This document shows, piece after piece, positions 1-10,235 of a stretch of DNA of 64,000 nucleotides. Source of the stretch: an uncultured virus (IMG/VR IMGVR_UViG_3300025018_000154) (taxonomy: Duplodnaviria > Heunggongvirae > Uroviricota > Caudoviricetes); IMG/VR virus record IMGVR_UViG_3300025018_000154; one strand, given 5' to 3'. Position numbers and translations under genes: made by a program. How positions within the stretch are numbered: position 1 is the first letter of the stretch; every line of letters begins with the position of its first letter. The notes under the pieces are model-generated. The model did not search any database. It worked only from the letters and a program-made list of their open reading frames with translations, and was not told where the DNA came from.

Positions 1-1
1 G

Positions 2-13
2 GGTGCGCGGAGC
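2..13 (+). other. Putative cos (cohesive end) sequence GGTGCGCGGAGC
   Basis: At the window start; one mismatch from the Salmonella phage Chi 12-nt overhang as I recall it (GGTGCGCAGAGC); GpA-type terminase and Chi-like gene order. Confidence 0.6.
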
Positions 14-44
14 CCCGGTTCGCGGCATTTTTTGGCGGAACTCG

Positions 45-500
45 GGTTTTACCGCAGATTTTCCCGTGGGGAAGCGGATTTTACCCCCCCCGACGTTACC
101 GGCATTACCGTGGGAGCCCCCAGAACGGTAGAACAACGGTAGAGCCTTCGGTAGAACCGCAACCCCTTGAAAACCCTCATTTTTCTACCGTTTCTACCGT
201 TCTACTGAAGAATCCCTATAGAGACAAACGAGAGACAGAGAAAACAGAATGAGATTCAAAACAGAGTCTAGCCGCAGCGGGGAGACAGCTATATGGGATT
301 CCGTGGTAGAACGGTAGAAAGGTAGCCCCACCCGGGTCGTAAACGCCTGTAATATATGGGGAAAAACCGTCTACCGAAGCTCTACCGTCGTTCGGTAGAA
401 AAACGGTAGAACTCGGGAACGGCGGTAAAGTCGGTAACGCCGGTAAAAGAAAAGGCCCGAGGCGAACCCCGGGCCGGTAACGACGGTAAAGCCGGTAAAA
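45..500. repeat. Iteron-like CGGTAR/YTACCG clusters with a ~40-bp imperfect inverted repeat; candidate replication origin or terminase-binding region
   Basis: About 20 copies in alternating orientation; arms 181-220 and 290-326 are near reverse complements around a purine-rich spacer; non-coding and adjacent to the primase 3' end. Confidence 0.65.
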
Positions 501-3149
501 TCAGATCAGGTCCGTTCCCGTCTCGGCTTCTTCCTCTTCTTTCCACTTCTGCTTCACCATGTCGGTCGGGACGAAGACCTTTACCGAAGCCCCGTTGATC
601 TTCTTTACCGAGGGGTGCGGAGCCCAGCCGCACTTCCGCAAGGCTTTCCCGACAACCCGGAGATCGGTGGGGGACGCGCGGTTGTTCTGTTCCAGCGCGC
701 CCGTCCAGACTTCGGAGATCGTGACGTGCCGACGGTGGTGCAGTTCCTCGAAGCCTTCGTCGTCGGCCGTGATCTTGCGGTCGAGCCACGGTTCGATGAT
801 CTCGGCGTAGTGATCCATCTCCGAGCTGATCCGGGTCTGCTCCTGAAGGGCCATCGCCTCTTCCAGCGCCTCCGGGTCGCGGAAGGTCAGATCGAGATCG
901 CCGTGCGGCTTGGCTTCGCGCATCTCCTTGTAGATCGCCACGGCCGCGCCCCAGATCGTATCGCGCTCCCGCAGCAGGAGGTCCGTGTCGATCATCTCGG
1001 CCGAGACCTTGATCGGCCACCAGCGCCGGTTTCCCGTGTTGTCGATCAGGAACTCTTCGTCGTTGGTGGAACCGATGAACACGCACTGCCGCTTGTAGAC
1101 CTTCGACCGGCGAGCCCATGCCAGACGGACGTGAGACGACGTGGCCGAGACGAAAGCCTTGGCATCTTCGACCTGCGACCGGGTGATCGACCCAAGCTCG
1201 GGCATCTCCAATATCCAGCCGCCGGTCATCTGCTCGACCAGCTTGTTCTCGTCGGAGAAGGTGGCCTTCAGTTCGCCGTGCCAGTCGCACGCGAGGATTC
1301 GGCAGAAGGTGGACTTTCGCTTACCCTGCGCACCGAAGAGGATGGGAACGAAGTCGAACTTGTGGCCGGGCTCGTAAACCCGGGCGACGGCACCCACGAG
1401 GAACAGTCGTGCGGCTTCCCGGTGATAGGGCGTGTCGGGGCAGCCCATGTAACGGACGAACAGGCTTTCCGCTATCGACGGCGGCGCGAAAGAGAGTGAT
1501 TCCAGATACTCTCGAACCGGGTGGAAGCGCGCCTGTCTGGCGGCCAGCTCGATCCCTGCGTCCATGTCGCGGTCGGAAACCTTGAACCCGTAGCCGGTCT
1601 TGCCCGGCCCGTTCTCGCTCTCGATCATCGCCCTGACGGCCGTGGTGTGAATGTCTTCCCAGACATCGCCGTTCACCGGGTCGGTGATCCTGAAGTCGCA
1701 GACGAAGGGCATCCGTGTGCGGAGGGCATGGCGCGAGACGACTCGCTCCGTGAACTCGTTGAACTCGACAGACTCGCGAGTCCGCTTATCGTTCTGGATG
1801 ATCTGCGCCACGTTCGGGCTGTTTGCCACGATGACGCCATCCTGCGTGAGCTGCAACCCCTGAATCCAGTCTTTCGGCGGGGGCTCTTTCTTGACGCGCT
1901 TCTGGGTGGTCGGGCCGAGATCGGCTGCGTCGTCCCGGTGGGCCTCGACCGTCTCGCGCTTCGGTGGAACCCCAACCAGATCGTCGATCTCCGGGTCTTC
2001 GATCTCGATCTCGTCGCCCAGCTCGGCCATCGCGTCGTCGAAGTCTTCGTTGATCGCGTCGATGTCATAGCGGGAGGCGACCTGCTGGGCCTTGTATTTC
2101 TCGTCGTGTTCGAGTGATTCGACCATCGCCTTGAAGCTCGGCCGCTGGTGCATCGCCTTGCCGTCCGGGTCGAACTTCTCGTCCTTGTCCCCGAACTTGT
2201 GGATGCGGACCAGATCGAAGGCGTTGACGAGCATATCCGACACCGGGTCGGAGCCGTGGTGCGAATACAGGAACAGGCCGTCGTCTTGGACCTCGGCCCC
2301 GTTCGTGGTCGTGCCGCCGAGGTAGGTGTAGCGCGGCTTGCCGGAATAATCGTCAACCTCCTGATAAGGGAGATCGAAGGCTTCGATGGCCTCCATGACG
2401 TTGTAGGCCCGGCAGAAATCACCCACGATTCCTTTCTTCTCGGTCGGGTCTTCGGCCTTCTCCGCGACCTCCCGGGCGTTCTCGCCCTCGACCTGCGGGA
2501 GCTGGGTGATGTCGCGCCAGTCGCCCTTGGTCTGCTCGTAGATGTCCAGCATCGCGGACCAGTCGAGCAGATCGCCGTTGTTCTCATGGAAGATAAACTC
2601 GCCGTCCTTCGAGATCGTCGGCATGAACATCATCTGCGCCGGGCGGAACGACACCTTGTCCACGTGGATCATGTCAGGGTCGAAGTGCTGGGCGACGATT
2701 CGGCTGACCGGGCCATAGAGGTCGTTCGGGACCGGCTCGGACAGGAAAATGAAGAGGCGGACGCGGGGCTTCTCGGCGGTGTGGCGGCGCGACGTGTGGA
2801 GAAACCATTCCCATTCGGTCGCGACTTCGCCGTCCAGCAGCGAGCGCAGGTATTCGGGGGTCGCGTAGTCGAGATCGAGCGTCACCATGTCGGACGGCAA
2901 GCCGGAGCCCCGGTTCCGTCTCTGGCCCTCGATCTGGGTGCGGTAGAACCAGCCAGCGGCCGACTTCAGGTGGGCTTGGTCCTTGTCCGGGAGCTTCAGG
3001 AAGTCCTTCATCCGCTCGTTGGTCACGACCGGCTTGCGGAACATATTGCGGAATGTTTTCAGGGACTTGGATGCGTTTTTGGCTTTGCCAAAGCTACGGC
3101 CTGTCCCGGTGGAGAAGCGAACGACGAAGTTTTCATTTTTCTTGGACAT
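501..3149 (-). CDS. DNA primase-helicase (N-terminal primase, C-terminal VirE/VapE-like P-loop domain)
   Basis: 882 aa; TLDLD and HTSRRH primase-like motifs; GAQGKRKST, EMPEL and DNTGNRRWWP VirE motifs. Confidence 0.85.
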   Translation of the reverse strand: MSKKNENFVVRFSTGTGRSFGKAKNASKSLKTFRNMFRKPVVTNERMKDFLKLPDKDQAHLKSAAGWFYRTQIEGQRRNRGSGLPSDMVTLDLDYATPEYLRSLLDGEVATEWEWFLHTSRRHTAEKPRVRLFIFLSEPVPNDLYGPVSRIVAQHFDPDMIHVDKVSFRPAQMMFMPTISKDGEFIFHENNGDLLDWSAMLDIYEQTKGDWRDITQLPQVEGENAREVAEKAEDPTEKKGIVGDFCRAYNVMEAIEAFDLPYQEVDDYSGKPRYTYLGGTTTNGAEVQDDGLFLYSHHGSDPVSDMLVNAFDLVRIHKFGDKDEKFDPDGKAMHQRPSFKAMVESLEHDEKYKAQQVASRYDIDAINEDFDDAMAELGDEIEIEDPEIDDLVGVPPKRETVEAHRDDAADLGPTTQKRVKKEPPPKDWIQGLQLTQDGVIVANSPNVAQIIQNDKRTRESVEFNEFTERVVSRHALRTRMPFVCDFRITDPVNGDVWEDIHTTAVRAMIESENGPGKTGYGFKVSDRDMDAGIELAARQARFHPVREYLESLSFAPPSIAESLFVRYMGCPDTPYHREAARLFLVGAVARVYEPGHKFDFVPILFGAQGKRKSTFCRILACDWHGELKATFSDENKLVEQMTGGWILEMPELGSITRSQVEDAKAFVSATSSHVRLAWARRSKVYKRQCVFIGSTNDEEFLIDNTGNRRWWPIKVSAEMIDTDLLLRERDTIWGAAVAIYKEMREAKPHGDLDLTFRDPEALEEAMALQEQTRISSEMDHYAEIIEPWLDRKITADDEGFEELHHRRHVTISEVWTGALEQNNRASPTDLRVVGKALRKCGWAPHPSVKKINGASVKVFVPTDMVKQKWKEEEEAETGTDLI

Positions 3150-3227
3150 GCCCGACCCGTATTTAGGAGAGAGAGCCGAGTCCGTCCCATGAAGACTCAG
3201 CAGCGCAGACCAGTCTAAGCGACCGGC

Positions 3228-3521
3228 CTAGAAGTTGTAAACGAACGGGTCGAAGTCGTCGCGGGAAACCCGGGGCTCGCCTTTGATCGGCTTGCCCTTA
3301 TCGTCGTATCCGGTGATCCTGCTGATCTCGATGATCTGCATGACCCTCTCCGGGCTGATTCGGTCCTTGCGGACCCACTTGTTGATCGACCATCGGTTGA
3401 TCCCCATGAGTTCTGCGAGATGGAGAATCGTCTTGTTCCCATGCTCGTTCTCTGGGACCGCCCGAAGAAGCAGGCGGTGCAGACCGCTTGCCGCATCTTC
3501 CGGGGAATTATAGGTGGGCAT
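3228..3521 (-). CDS. Cro-like HTH transcriptional regulator
   Basis: ILHLAELMGINRWSINKW helix-turn-helix pattern; divergent from the replication operon. Confidence 0.7.
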   Translation of the reverse strand: MPTYNSPEDAASGLHRLLLRAVPENEHGNKTILHLAELMGINRWSINKWVRKDRISPERVMQIIEISRITGYDDKGKPIKGEPRVSRDDFDPFVYNF

Positions 3522-3554
3522 TGGCTTTCCTCTTGCGCTTCGTCTGGACTGATA

Positions 3555-3602
3555 TACATACGCACCGTGCGGTTGACAATCCCTTGACCGTCATCCATAT
3601 CT
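3555..3602. promoter_or_regulatory. Overlapping divergent promoters
   Basis: TTGACA at 3573-3578 on plus; on minus GGGATT-17-TATGTA carrying the ATTGTCAACCGC motif shared with other phage promoters. Confidence 0.55.
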
Positions 3603-3647
3603 GTCATCGCCCACCAAGGGCAACTGTTCAAACCCGAAAGGAACACC

Positions 3648-4082
3648 ATGTCCATCGAAGCTCTCCTGACCCGTGTGGCTGAAGCCCTCGAAGCCAACAC
3701 CGACGCGATGCACTCGCTCATGAAGGATTCGGCCGGATCGAAGCCCGCGTCGAAGCCCGCAGCATCGACCAAGGCGGCTGACAAGCCCGCGTCGAAGCCC
3801 GCCGCCTCTTCCAAGACCACGACGAAGAAAGGCGCAACGACCGTTGAGGACGTGACCGAGCGCGTCACGACCTACCTGAAGACCGGCTCCAAGGCCGAGC
3901 GCGAAGAGCGCAAGGGCCACGTGAAGGCGATCCTCGACCACTACGACGCCGAGCGTTTCACGGCCATCGACGCCGAGAACTTCGATGAAGCCCTTGGCTT
4001 CCTCGACACGTTCGAGGCTGGCGACGACCCTTTCGCTGGCGATGGAGCCGACGAGGGCGACGAAGACGACGCGATGGTCTGA
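3648..4082 (+). CDS. Hypothetical protein with SKPA/Lys-Ala linker and acidic tail
   Basis: AAAGGAA RBS; phage-typical codon usage. Confidence 0.75.
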   Translation: MSIEALLTRVAEALEANTDAMHSLMKDSAGSKPASKPAASTKAADKPASKPAASSKTTTKKGATTVEDVTERVTTYLKTGSKAEREERKGHVKAILDHYDAERFTAIDAENFDEALGFLDTFEAGDDPFAGDGADEGDEDDAMV

Positions 4083-4210
4083 CCGAATAGGTGGTCGGTC
4101 TCGACCCCGGCTGTCTGGCGCAACTCCCAGAGACCCCCGACCCATCTTTGGGGGTTGCGAACTAAACAAGAACGTCGTTCTATAGCTATCTCCCTTTGAC
4201 CGAGGACTCC

Positions 4211-5524
4211 ATGCTGGATCACGAGACGGAAGAACTGCTGCACTCCGAGCGAGGGCCGTCCACGGCGCATCGCTGGCGGAAGTGTCCGGGCTCCGTCCGT
4301 CTGTCCCGGGGCCTGCCCAACACGGCGGGGATCGAGGCCGCCTACGGCACGGTCTTCCACGACTTCGCGGCCGACTGCCTTGAACTCGGGTTGGACCCGC
4401 AGGGCTTCGTGGGCGACCGGATGGAGGTCGAGGGTTGGGGCGAGCTGGTCTTCGATCAGGAGATGGCCGACAACATGCTCAACGGGCTCGATCTCGTGTG
4501 GGCGATGGCCGATGTCCCCGGGGCCAAGCTGATCGTCGAAGAGCGGGTCAGCCTCGAAGAGTGGGTGGGGGAGAACGAGTTCGGCACGACCGACGCCGCG
4601 ATCATCGACCCCCTCAACTGGCGGCTGGTCGTGTTCGACTGGAAATACGGACAGGGCGTCCCGGTTGCTCCCGAGCGGAACGATCAGGCGATGCTCTACG
4701 CGCTCGGCACGTGGTCCACGTTCGCCCGGCGCATGTTCTTCGAGGCGCTGGCGGAACGAATAGGCCGGGAAGAGGCCGAGCAAGCGGATGCGGCCGGTGC
4801 CCCGTGGGAAGACGACATCGAAGTGGTCATCATGATCGAGCAGCCCCGGGCTCCCGGCGGCGGCGGAACGTGGACGACGACGATGGGCGAGCTGCTGGCC
4901 GAGGGCCAGAGGATTCGCCGGGATGCGAAGCTGACGGAAGACCCGGAAGCCCCGTTCAACCCCGGCCCGAAGCAGTGCCAGTTCTGCGTCGCGGCGAAGT
5001 TCAACCGCTGCACCGCCCGGGCGGCCTTCGTGCTGGAAGCCTTCGGCGCGGACTTCGACGACCTCGACGAATCGGCCGAGACCGGCGAGCCCCTGACCTT
5101 GCCGGAGAAGCGCAGCTTGACGCCGGAGCAGCGATCCGCCGTGCTCTTGAACCGCAAGCTGATCGAGAAGTTTCTGGACGACCTGCACGAAGAGGCGATG
5201 ATCGACGCGAACTCGCGCCGCCCCGTGCCGGGCATGAAGCTGGTTTCCGGGCGCAACCCGCCCCGGAAGTGGAAGGACGAGTTCAAGGCTGAAGTGATGC
5301 TCGAACACGACTTCGCACACAAAGCCTACGCGAAGAAAATCCTCTCGCCCGCAGCGGTCGAGGACAAGATCGGGAAGCGGGCTTACCGGACCCGCTACTC
5401 CCGTATGGTGGACATTGGGGAGGCCAAGCCGATCCTCGTCCCCGAAGATGACAAGCGCGACCCCCTGCCCGACATCACGTCGGATTTTGACGGGCTTGTC
5501 GATGATGATGAACCACTGGTCTAG
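4211..5524 (+). CDS. DUF2800 family PD-(D/E)XK (Cas4-like) exonuclease
   Basis: HSERGPSTAHRWRKCPGS, GTTD..VFDWKYG, QAMLYALG, PGPKQCQFC; start set to ATG 4211 after GAGGA. Confidence 0.85.
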   Translation: MLDHETEELLHSERGPSTAHRWRKCPGSVRLSRGLPNTAGIEAAYGTVFHDFAADCLELGLDPQGFVGDRMEVEGWGELVFDQEMADNMLNGLDLVWAMADVPGAKLIVEERVSLEEWVGENEFGTTDAAIIDPLNWRLVVFDWKYGQGVPVAPERNDQAMLYALGTWSTFARRMFFEALAERIGREEAEQADAAGAPWEDDIEVVIMIEQPRAPGGGGTWTTTMGELLAEGQRIRRDAKLTEDPEAPFNPGPKQCQFCVAAKFNRCTARAAFVLEAFGADFDDLDESAETGEPLTLPEKRSLTPEQRSAVLLNRKLIEKFLDDLHEEAMIDANSRRPVPGMKLVSGRNPPRKWKDEFKAEVMLEHDFAHKAYAKKILSPAAVEDKIGKRAYRTRYSRMVDIGEAKPILVPEDDKRDPLPDITSDFDGLVDDDEPLV

Positions 5525-5534
5525 GAGAAAAGTC

Positions 5535-6230
5535 ATGGCCGACAAAAAAGCAGCCGATCCGACGAAGGTGATCCTCATGAACGTCCGCGCGTCGTTCCTG
5601 AGCGTCTTCGAGCCGAATCGGCAGAAGCAAGACGACGGGTCGATCCGCGAGACGTGGAAGGGTAACTTCCTGATCGACAAGGACGACATCAAGAACGGGA
5701 CCGCCAAGGCGAAACACATGGGCAAGGTCATGCCCATTATGGACGCGCTGAAGGCAGCCTCGGCAGCCGCGAAGGCGAAGAAGTGGGGCGAGAATCCCGA
5801 CAAGTGGCCCAAGCTGAAGCCCGAGAAGGTCTTCGTCCGCGACGGCGATCTCGAAGATTGGGACGGCTACGAGAACCAGCGGTATGTCTCGGCCAACGCC
5901 CAGCTTCAGGACAAGCCCGCCGTGGTCACGAACCGCAAGGGCAAGGACGGCTGGATTCCGGCCGAGCCCGGCGGCCACGGTGCGCCCTACTCGGGCTGCT
6001 ACGTGAACGCGACCATCGTGGTCTGGGCACAGGACAATGAGCACGGCAAGCGGGTGAACGCCCAGCTCAAGGCTCTTCAGTTCTACGCCGAGGGCGAGGC
6101 GTTCGGCGCGGCTCCGAGTGACCCGAACGACGACTTCGACGACGACATGGTTGGCGAAGAAGGCGACATGGGCGACGACGACTTCGGCGGGGACGCCGAT
6201 GACGGTGACGAGGACGACGGCCTCGTCTGA
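5535..6230 (+). CDS. DUF2815 family ssDNA-binding protein
   Basis: NVRASF, RDGD, PYSGCYVNA, LQFYAEGEAFG and acidic tail; ATG 5535 after AGGAG. Confidence 0.85.
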   Translation: MADKKAADPTKVILMNVRASFLSVFEPNRQKQDDGSIRETWKGNFLIDKDDIKNGTAKAKHMGKVMPIMDALKAASAAAKAKKWGENPDKWPKLKPEKVFVRDGDLEDWDGYENQRYVSANAQLQDKPAVVTNRKGKDGWIPAEPGGHGAPYSGCYVNATIVVWAQDNEHGKRVNAQLKALQFYAEGEAFGAAPSDPNDDFDDDMVGEEGDMGDDDFGGDADDGDEDDGLV

Positions 6231-6245
6231 CCCGCAGGGGGTCGC

Positions 6246-6269
6246 GGCCGGGCGCTTCGGTGCCCGGCC
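6246..6269 (+). terminator. C-UUCG-G hairpin after the SSB gene (terminator or mRNA stabiliser)
   Basis: GGCCGGGCGC-TTCG-GTGCCCGGCC; no clear U-tract. Confidence 0.45.
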
Positions 6270-6305
6270 AACCCCGCCTCCCTTCCCGCGACCAGAAAGA
6301 AACCC

Positions 6306-6554
6306 ATGACCGAGATCACCACCATTGTCGTAAGTTCTGACCGGAAACCCCACAACCTCCGAAGGAATCTCACGGACCTGCCCTTCCGCGTCGTATCGGC
6401 CAAAAATCCTTCTGAACTCAGTGGTTTCGCTAGCAGGCTGATTCTCGTGGATTCCGACGTAGACTTGAACGCGCTCGTCGAGGGTAGCCCCTTGGGCCTT
6501 GTCCTCGTGGGCCGCACGAGCACGTTCTTGGACGGTCGCGTGGTGAAGCTCTAA
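6306..6554 (+). CDS. Hypothetical protein
   Basis: 82-aa ORF with TAATG overlap to the next gene. Confidence 0.55.
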   Translation: MTEITTIVVSSDRKPHNLRRNLTDLPFRVVSAKNPSELSGFASRLILVDSDVDLNALVEGSPLGLVLVGRTSTFLDGRVVKL

Positions 6555-7537
6555 TGGCTGCCTACTACAACGAGATCGACCCTTACGCAGCGCAGTGGCT
6601 TCGAAACCTTATGGACGCGGGCGAGATCGCGCCCGGTGAGGTAGACGAGCGATCAATAGAAGATGTCTCGCCAGACGACCTGTCTGGGTTCGAGCAATGC
6701 CACTTTTTTGCTGGCGTGGGAGTTTGGAACTATGCACTCAGGCGGTTTGGTTGGCCCGACAACAAACGAGTCTGGACGGGATCGTGCCCGTGCCAGCCTT
6801 TCAGCTCGGCAGGCAAAAGAACAGGGACTTCTGATGAGCGGCACCTATGGCCGGCGTGGTTTCACCTTGTTCAAGAGTGCCGCCCTGAAATCCTTTTTGG
6901 AGAGCAGGTTGCGAGCAAGGACGGACTCGGTTGGCTCGACCTTGTATCGTCTGACTTGGAAGGAACGGATTACTCCTTCGGGGCAGCGGATTTGTGCGCT
7001 GCGGGGTGTGGCGCACCGCACATCCGCCAACGGCTCTTTTTCGGGGCCTACCATACTGGATTTAGCCTTGAAGGGTTGGACCACCCCGCAAGTTCACGAT
7101 ACGAATCCTCGCGGTGCAGGGAACAGGCAGAACCCGAACGGGGGCGGCGCTTGCTTGGCTTGGGACGCGAGGGCGTGCGGTCGGCCGACCCCGAACGCCC
7201 GAGACTGGAAAGACGGGGCTGCGCCAAGCGTGGTCATGACAGAGAGAACGGATCGGCGCACTCACGCGGTGCATATGGTGGGTTGGGTGAAAGAAACCCC
7301 CGCCCGACTAACGGATTCTGGCGAGATGCTGACTGGCTCTTCGGCACAGATGGGAAGTGGAGACCGGTTGAACCCGGCGCATTCCCGCTGGCTTATGGGG
7401 CTGACAACCGCGTGGGACGACTGCGCGCCTACGGCAATGCCATCGTCGCGCCTGTTGCGGAAACTTTCATCCGATCCTTTGTGGAAGCTGCCGAACTCGA
7501 CCGCCAGCTTGGTCTGGGGTTCGAGGGGTTGGTCTAA
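6554..7537 (+). CDS. C5 cytosine DNA methyltransferase, alpha subunit (M.EcoHK31I-like)
   Basis: Motif [41 protein letters not shown]. Confidence 0.9.
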   Translation: MAAYYNEIDPYAAQWLRNLMDAGEIAPGEVDERSIEDVSPDDLSGFEQCHFFAGVGVWNYALRRFGWPDNKRVWTGSCPCQPFSSAGKRTGTSDERHLWPAWFHLVQECRPEILFGEQVASKDGLGWLDLVSSDLEGTDYSFGAADLCAAGCGAPHIRQRLFFGAYHTGFSLEGLDHPASSRYESSRCREQAEPERGRRLLGLGREGVRSADPERPRLERRGCAKRGHDRENGSAHSRGAYGGLGERNPRPTNGFWRDADWLFGTDGKWRPVEPGAFPLAYGADNRVGRLRAYGNAIVAPVAETFIRSFVEAAELDRQLGLGFEGLV

Positions 7538-7547
7538 TCATGCCTGA
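6834..7547 (+). CDS. C5 methyltransferase beta subunit nested in the +1 frame
   Basis: Open for over 230 codons inside the alpha gene; [18 protein letters not shown] and motif IX-like [12 protein letters not shown] resemble M.EcoHK31I beta; start uncertain. Confidence 0.75.
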   Translation: MSGTYGRRGFTLFKSAALKSFLESRLRARTDSVGSTLYRLTWKERITPSGQRICALRGVAHRTSANGSFSGPTILDLALKGWTTPQVHDTNPRGAGNRQNPNGGGACLAWDARACGRPTPNARDWKDGAAPSVVMTERTDRRTHAVHMVGWVKETPARLTDSGEMLTGSSAQMGSGDRLNPAHSRWLMGLTTAWDDCAPTAMPSSRLLRKLSSDPLWKLPNSTASLVWGSRGWSNHA

Positions 7548-9639
7548 CCGCTTGAACCTCGACTTTGAGACCTTTTCCGAGGTCTCTCTTCCCGATGTCG
7601 GGACGAGCCGCTACGCGCAGCATCCGTCTACCGAAGTCCTCATGGCCGCCTATGCCTTCAACCGTGGGCCGGTAAGCCAGTGGGTGCCTGCGGAGGGGGA
7701 GCCGATACCGCGCGAGCTGGCCGAGGCGCTGGTGGACCCGGAGGTCGAGAAGTGGGCATGGAACGCGCCCTTCGAGATGGCGATCACGGACAACCTCGTG
7801 GCCGAGGTCTCGATCCCGCAGTGGCGGGACACGATGGTCCAAGCCCTGCACTGCTCGCTCCCGGGCAAGCTGGAAAAGGCAGGCGAGGTCGTCGGGCTGC
7901 CGATGGAGATGCAGAAGGACCGCAGGGGCAAGGCCCTCATGCGGAAGTTCTCGTTCCCCCGGAAGCCGACCAAGAAGAATCCCAACACCCGGCTCTTCTG
8001 GCACGAAGACCCGGAAGAGTGGGAAGGCTACAAGCAGTATAACCGGACGGACGTGGTTTCCGAACGCGGGGTGCTTATCAAGCTCTCGAACTACCTCATG
8101 AGCCCCGAGGAATGGGAACTCTGGCATCTCGATCAGGAGATCAACCAAGCCGGGCTGCCGATCAACATTCGCATGGTCCGCAACGCGATCCGCATCTACG
8201 AGCAAGCTCTGGAAGAGAGCTTCGAGCGGATGCGCGAGCTGACCGGGCTGGCGAACCCGAACTCCCAGCCCCAGCTTCTCCCGTGGCTCCAAGATCAGGG
8301 CTATATGTTCGACGATCTTCAGAAGGCCCACGTGAAGGTCGCGGACTCCTACTTCGAGGAACAGCCCGATCACTGGACCGATGACCAGTGGATCGAATAT
8401 CGGAACAACGAGACGCTGAAGGAGGTCTTGACCCTCCGGCTCGAAACCTCCCGGACCTCGATCAAGAAATACTACGCCCTCGCCCGGGCGACCGACGATG
8501 ACGGCAACCTGCGCGGCACCCTTCAGATGAACGGGGCGGCTCGGACGGGACGCTGGGCGGGCCGCATCTTCCAGCCCCAGAACCTCCCCCGGCCGGAGAA
8601 GCGTTTCGAGCCCATGCAGCCGCTCTTGGCCCGCAACATCGAAGAGCTGGACTACGAGTCCCTGAAGCTCGTCCACGGCAACGTGTTCGACGCGCTGGCA
8701 TCTGCGATCCGCCCTGCTGCGCAGGCTCCCGACGGCATGATCTTCATCGACGCCGACCTCTCGGCCATCGAGAACCGGGTGCTGGGCTGGCTGGCCGGGT
8801 GCGACAAAATCCTCGACGTTTTCCGCAATGGTCAGGACGCCTACATCGCGTTCGCCTGCTACCTCTACGGCCGCCCCTACGACGAACTCTGGCACGAGTA
8901 TAAGGTCGAGAAGAACTCGGCCAAGCGCACCATCGCGAAGCCGGGCACGCTGGGCTGCGGCTACGGCATGGGCGCTGGCGAGAAGCGGGTGAACCGGAAG
9001 ACCGGCGAGATCGAAGCGACCGGGTTGCTCGGCTATGCGTGGGGCATGGGCGTCAAGAACTTCACGCCCGAGGATTCCAAGCACTCGGTCGATACCTTCC
9101 GCAACGAGTTCAAGGAGGTCGTCTCCTACTGGTATGACCTCGAACGCGCCATGCGTCGCTGCATCAAGACCGGCAAGCCGACCGCCCACGGCGTCGCTGG
9201 CGGCCCCGAGGTCCGGTTCGAGATGGACGGCCCGTTCCTGAAGATGATCTTGCCCTCCCGACGGCCGCTCTACTACCTGCGCCCCCGGATCGAGATGACC
9301 GATACGCCGTGGGGCGAGAAGCGGATGCAGATCACCTACGAAGGGCTCAACGACCGGAAGCAGTGGGTCCGCCAGCACACGACGCCGGGCAAGGTGACGG
9401 AGAACGCCGACCAAGCGACTTCGCGTGATCTGCTGGTCCACGGGATCAAACTGGCGAAGAAGCGCGGCATCAACGTGCGCCTGCACGTGCATGACCAGAT
9501 CGTCGGCCTCACGCCCGAGAGCCGCAAGGACAAAGACCTCGAAACGCTGATCGAGTGCATGGAAGAATCGCCGTGGTGGGCCGCCGGTCTGCCCCTCGGC
9601 TCCAACGGTTTCACCACCAAAGTCTTCATGAAGGATTGA
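7540..9639 (+). CDS. polA: Family A DNA polymerase with 3'-5' exonuclease
   Basis: DFET exonuclease I; motif A DLSAIENR, motif [15 protein letters not shown], motif C VHDQ. Confidence 0.93.
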   Translation: MPDRLNLDFETFSEVSLPDVGTSRYAQHPSTEVLMAAYAFNRGPVSQWVPAEGEPIPRELAEALVDPEVEKWAWNAPFEMAITDNLVAEVSIPQWRDTMVQALHCSLPGKLEKAGEVVGLPMEMQKDRRGKALMRKFSFPRKPTKKNPNTRLFWHEDPEEWEGYKQYNRTDVVSERGVLIKLSNYLMSPEEWELWHLDQEINQAGLPINIRMVRNAIRIYEQALEESFERMRELTGLANPNSQPQLLPWLQDQGYMFDDLQKAHVKVADSYFEEQPDHWTDDQWIEYRNNETLKEVLTLRLETSRTSIKKYYALARATDDDGNLRGTLQMNGAARTGRWAGRIFQPQNLPRPEKRFEPMQPLLARNIEELDYESLKLVHGNVFDALASAIRPAAQAPDGMIFIDADLSAIENRVLGWLAGCDKILDVFRNGQDAYIAFACYLYGRPYDELWHEYKVEKNSAKRTIAKPGTLGCGYGMGAGEKRVNRKTGEIEATGLLGYAWGMGVKNFTPEDSKHSVDTFRNEFKEVVSYWYDLERAMRRCIKTGKPTAHGVAGGPEVRFEMDGPFLKMILPSRRPLYYLRPRIEMTDTPWGEKRMQITYEGLNDRKQWVRQHTTPGKVTENADQATSRDLLVHGIKLAKKRGINVRLHVHDQIVGLTPESRKDKDLETLIECMEESPWWAAGLPLGSNGFTTKVFMKD

Positions 9640-9643
9640 CGCC

Positions 9644-9922
9644 ATGACCAACAAAACCTGCACCGTCGTCTACGGCCCCCAAGGCTGCGGAAAGACCACG
9701 AACGCGGACGCCATCGCCAAGGCTTACGGCTGCCACAAGATCGTCGATACCGGCGTCTCGGACATGGGCATGGTGAAGCCCGAAAAGCTCGGCCCGGGGG
9801 TCTTGGTCCTCTGCACCGAAGACCCTGACCTCTTTCGTGCTCGTTTCGACTTCCCCCTTCGCGTCGTCACCTATAAGGTGGCGATGGAGATGGTGAAGAT
9901 CGACGAGGAAGGGCGTGCTTGA
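9644..9922 (+). CDS. Small P-loop protein
   Basis: VVYGPQGCGKTT Walker A in 92 aa. Confidence 0.65.
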   Translation: MTNKTCTVVYGPQGCGKTTNADAIAKAYGCHKIVDTGVSDMGMVKPEKLGPGVLVLCTEDPDLFRARFDFPLRVVTYKVAMEMVKIDEEGRA

Positions 9923-10235
9923 ATCAGCGGTTGAGAATCCCGTTGTTAAGAGAGCCGAGCGGGCGGGATACTTCGTCCGCAAGGTGCAGTGGGTTGGGCG
10001 CATCGGTGCGCCTGACCGGCTGTTCGCTCGCAAGGATCGCGGGCAGGTCTACATCGAGTTCAAAGCGCCCGGGGAGGAACCCCGGCGATCCCAGAAGGAA
10101 GAGCACAAGGAGATGCGGCAGGCGGGAATAGAGGTCCATGTGTGCGACAACGTGCAAGACGCGCTGCGCATCCTTTGGCTCCTGCCGGGCTCTAACGGCG
10201 GGCCGGTGGTCGAGACATGGAGGGACTTGGTTTGA
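9915..10235 (+). CDS. VRR-NUC domain nuclease
   Basis: LESAVE, GAPDRL, IEFKAPG..Q; sits between polymerase and helicase. Confidence 0.85.
   Translation: MLESAVENPVVKRAERAGYFVRKVQWVGRIGAPDRLFARKDRGQVYIEFKAPGEEPRRSQKEEHKEMRQAGIEVHVCDNVQDALRILWLLPGSNGGPVVETWRDLV

Noticed and set aside
4211..5524. Cas4 as evidence of CRISPR-Cas
   Set aside because: It is the standard DUF2800 exonuclease of the DUF2800-DUF2815-PolA replication module
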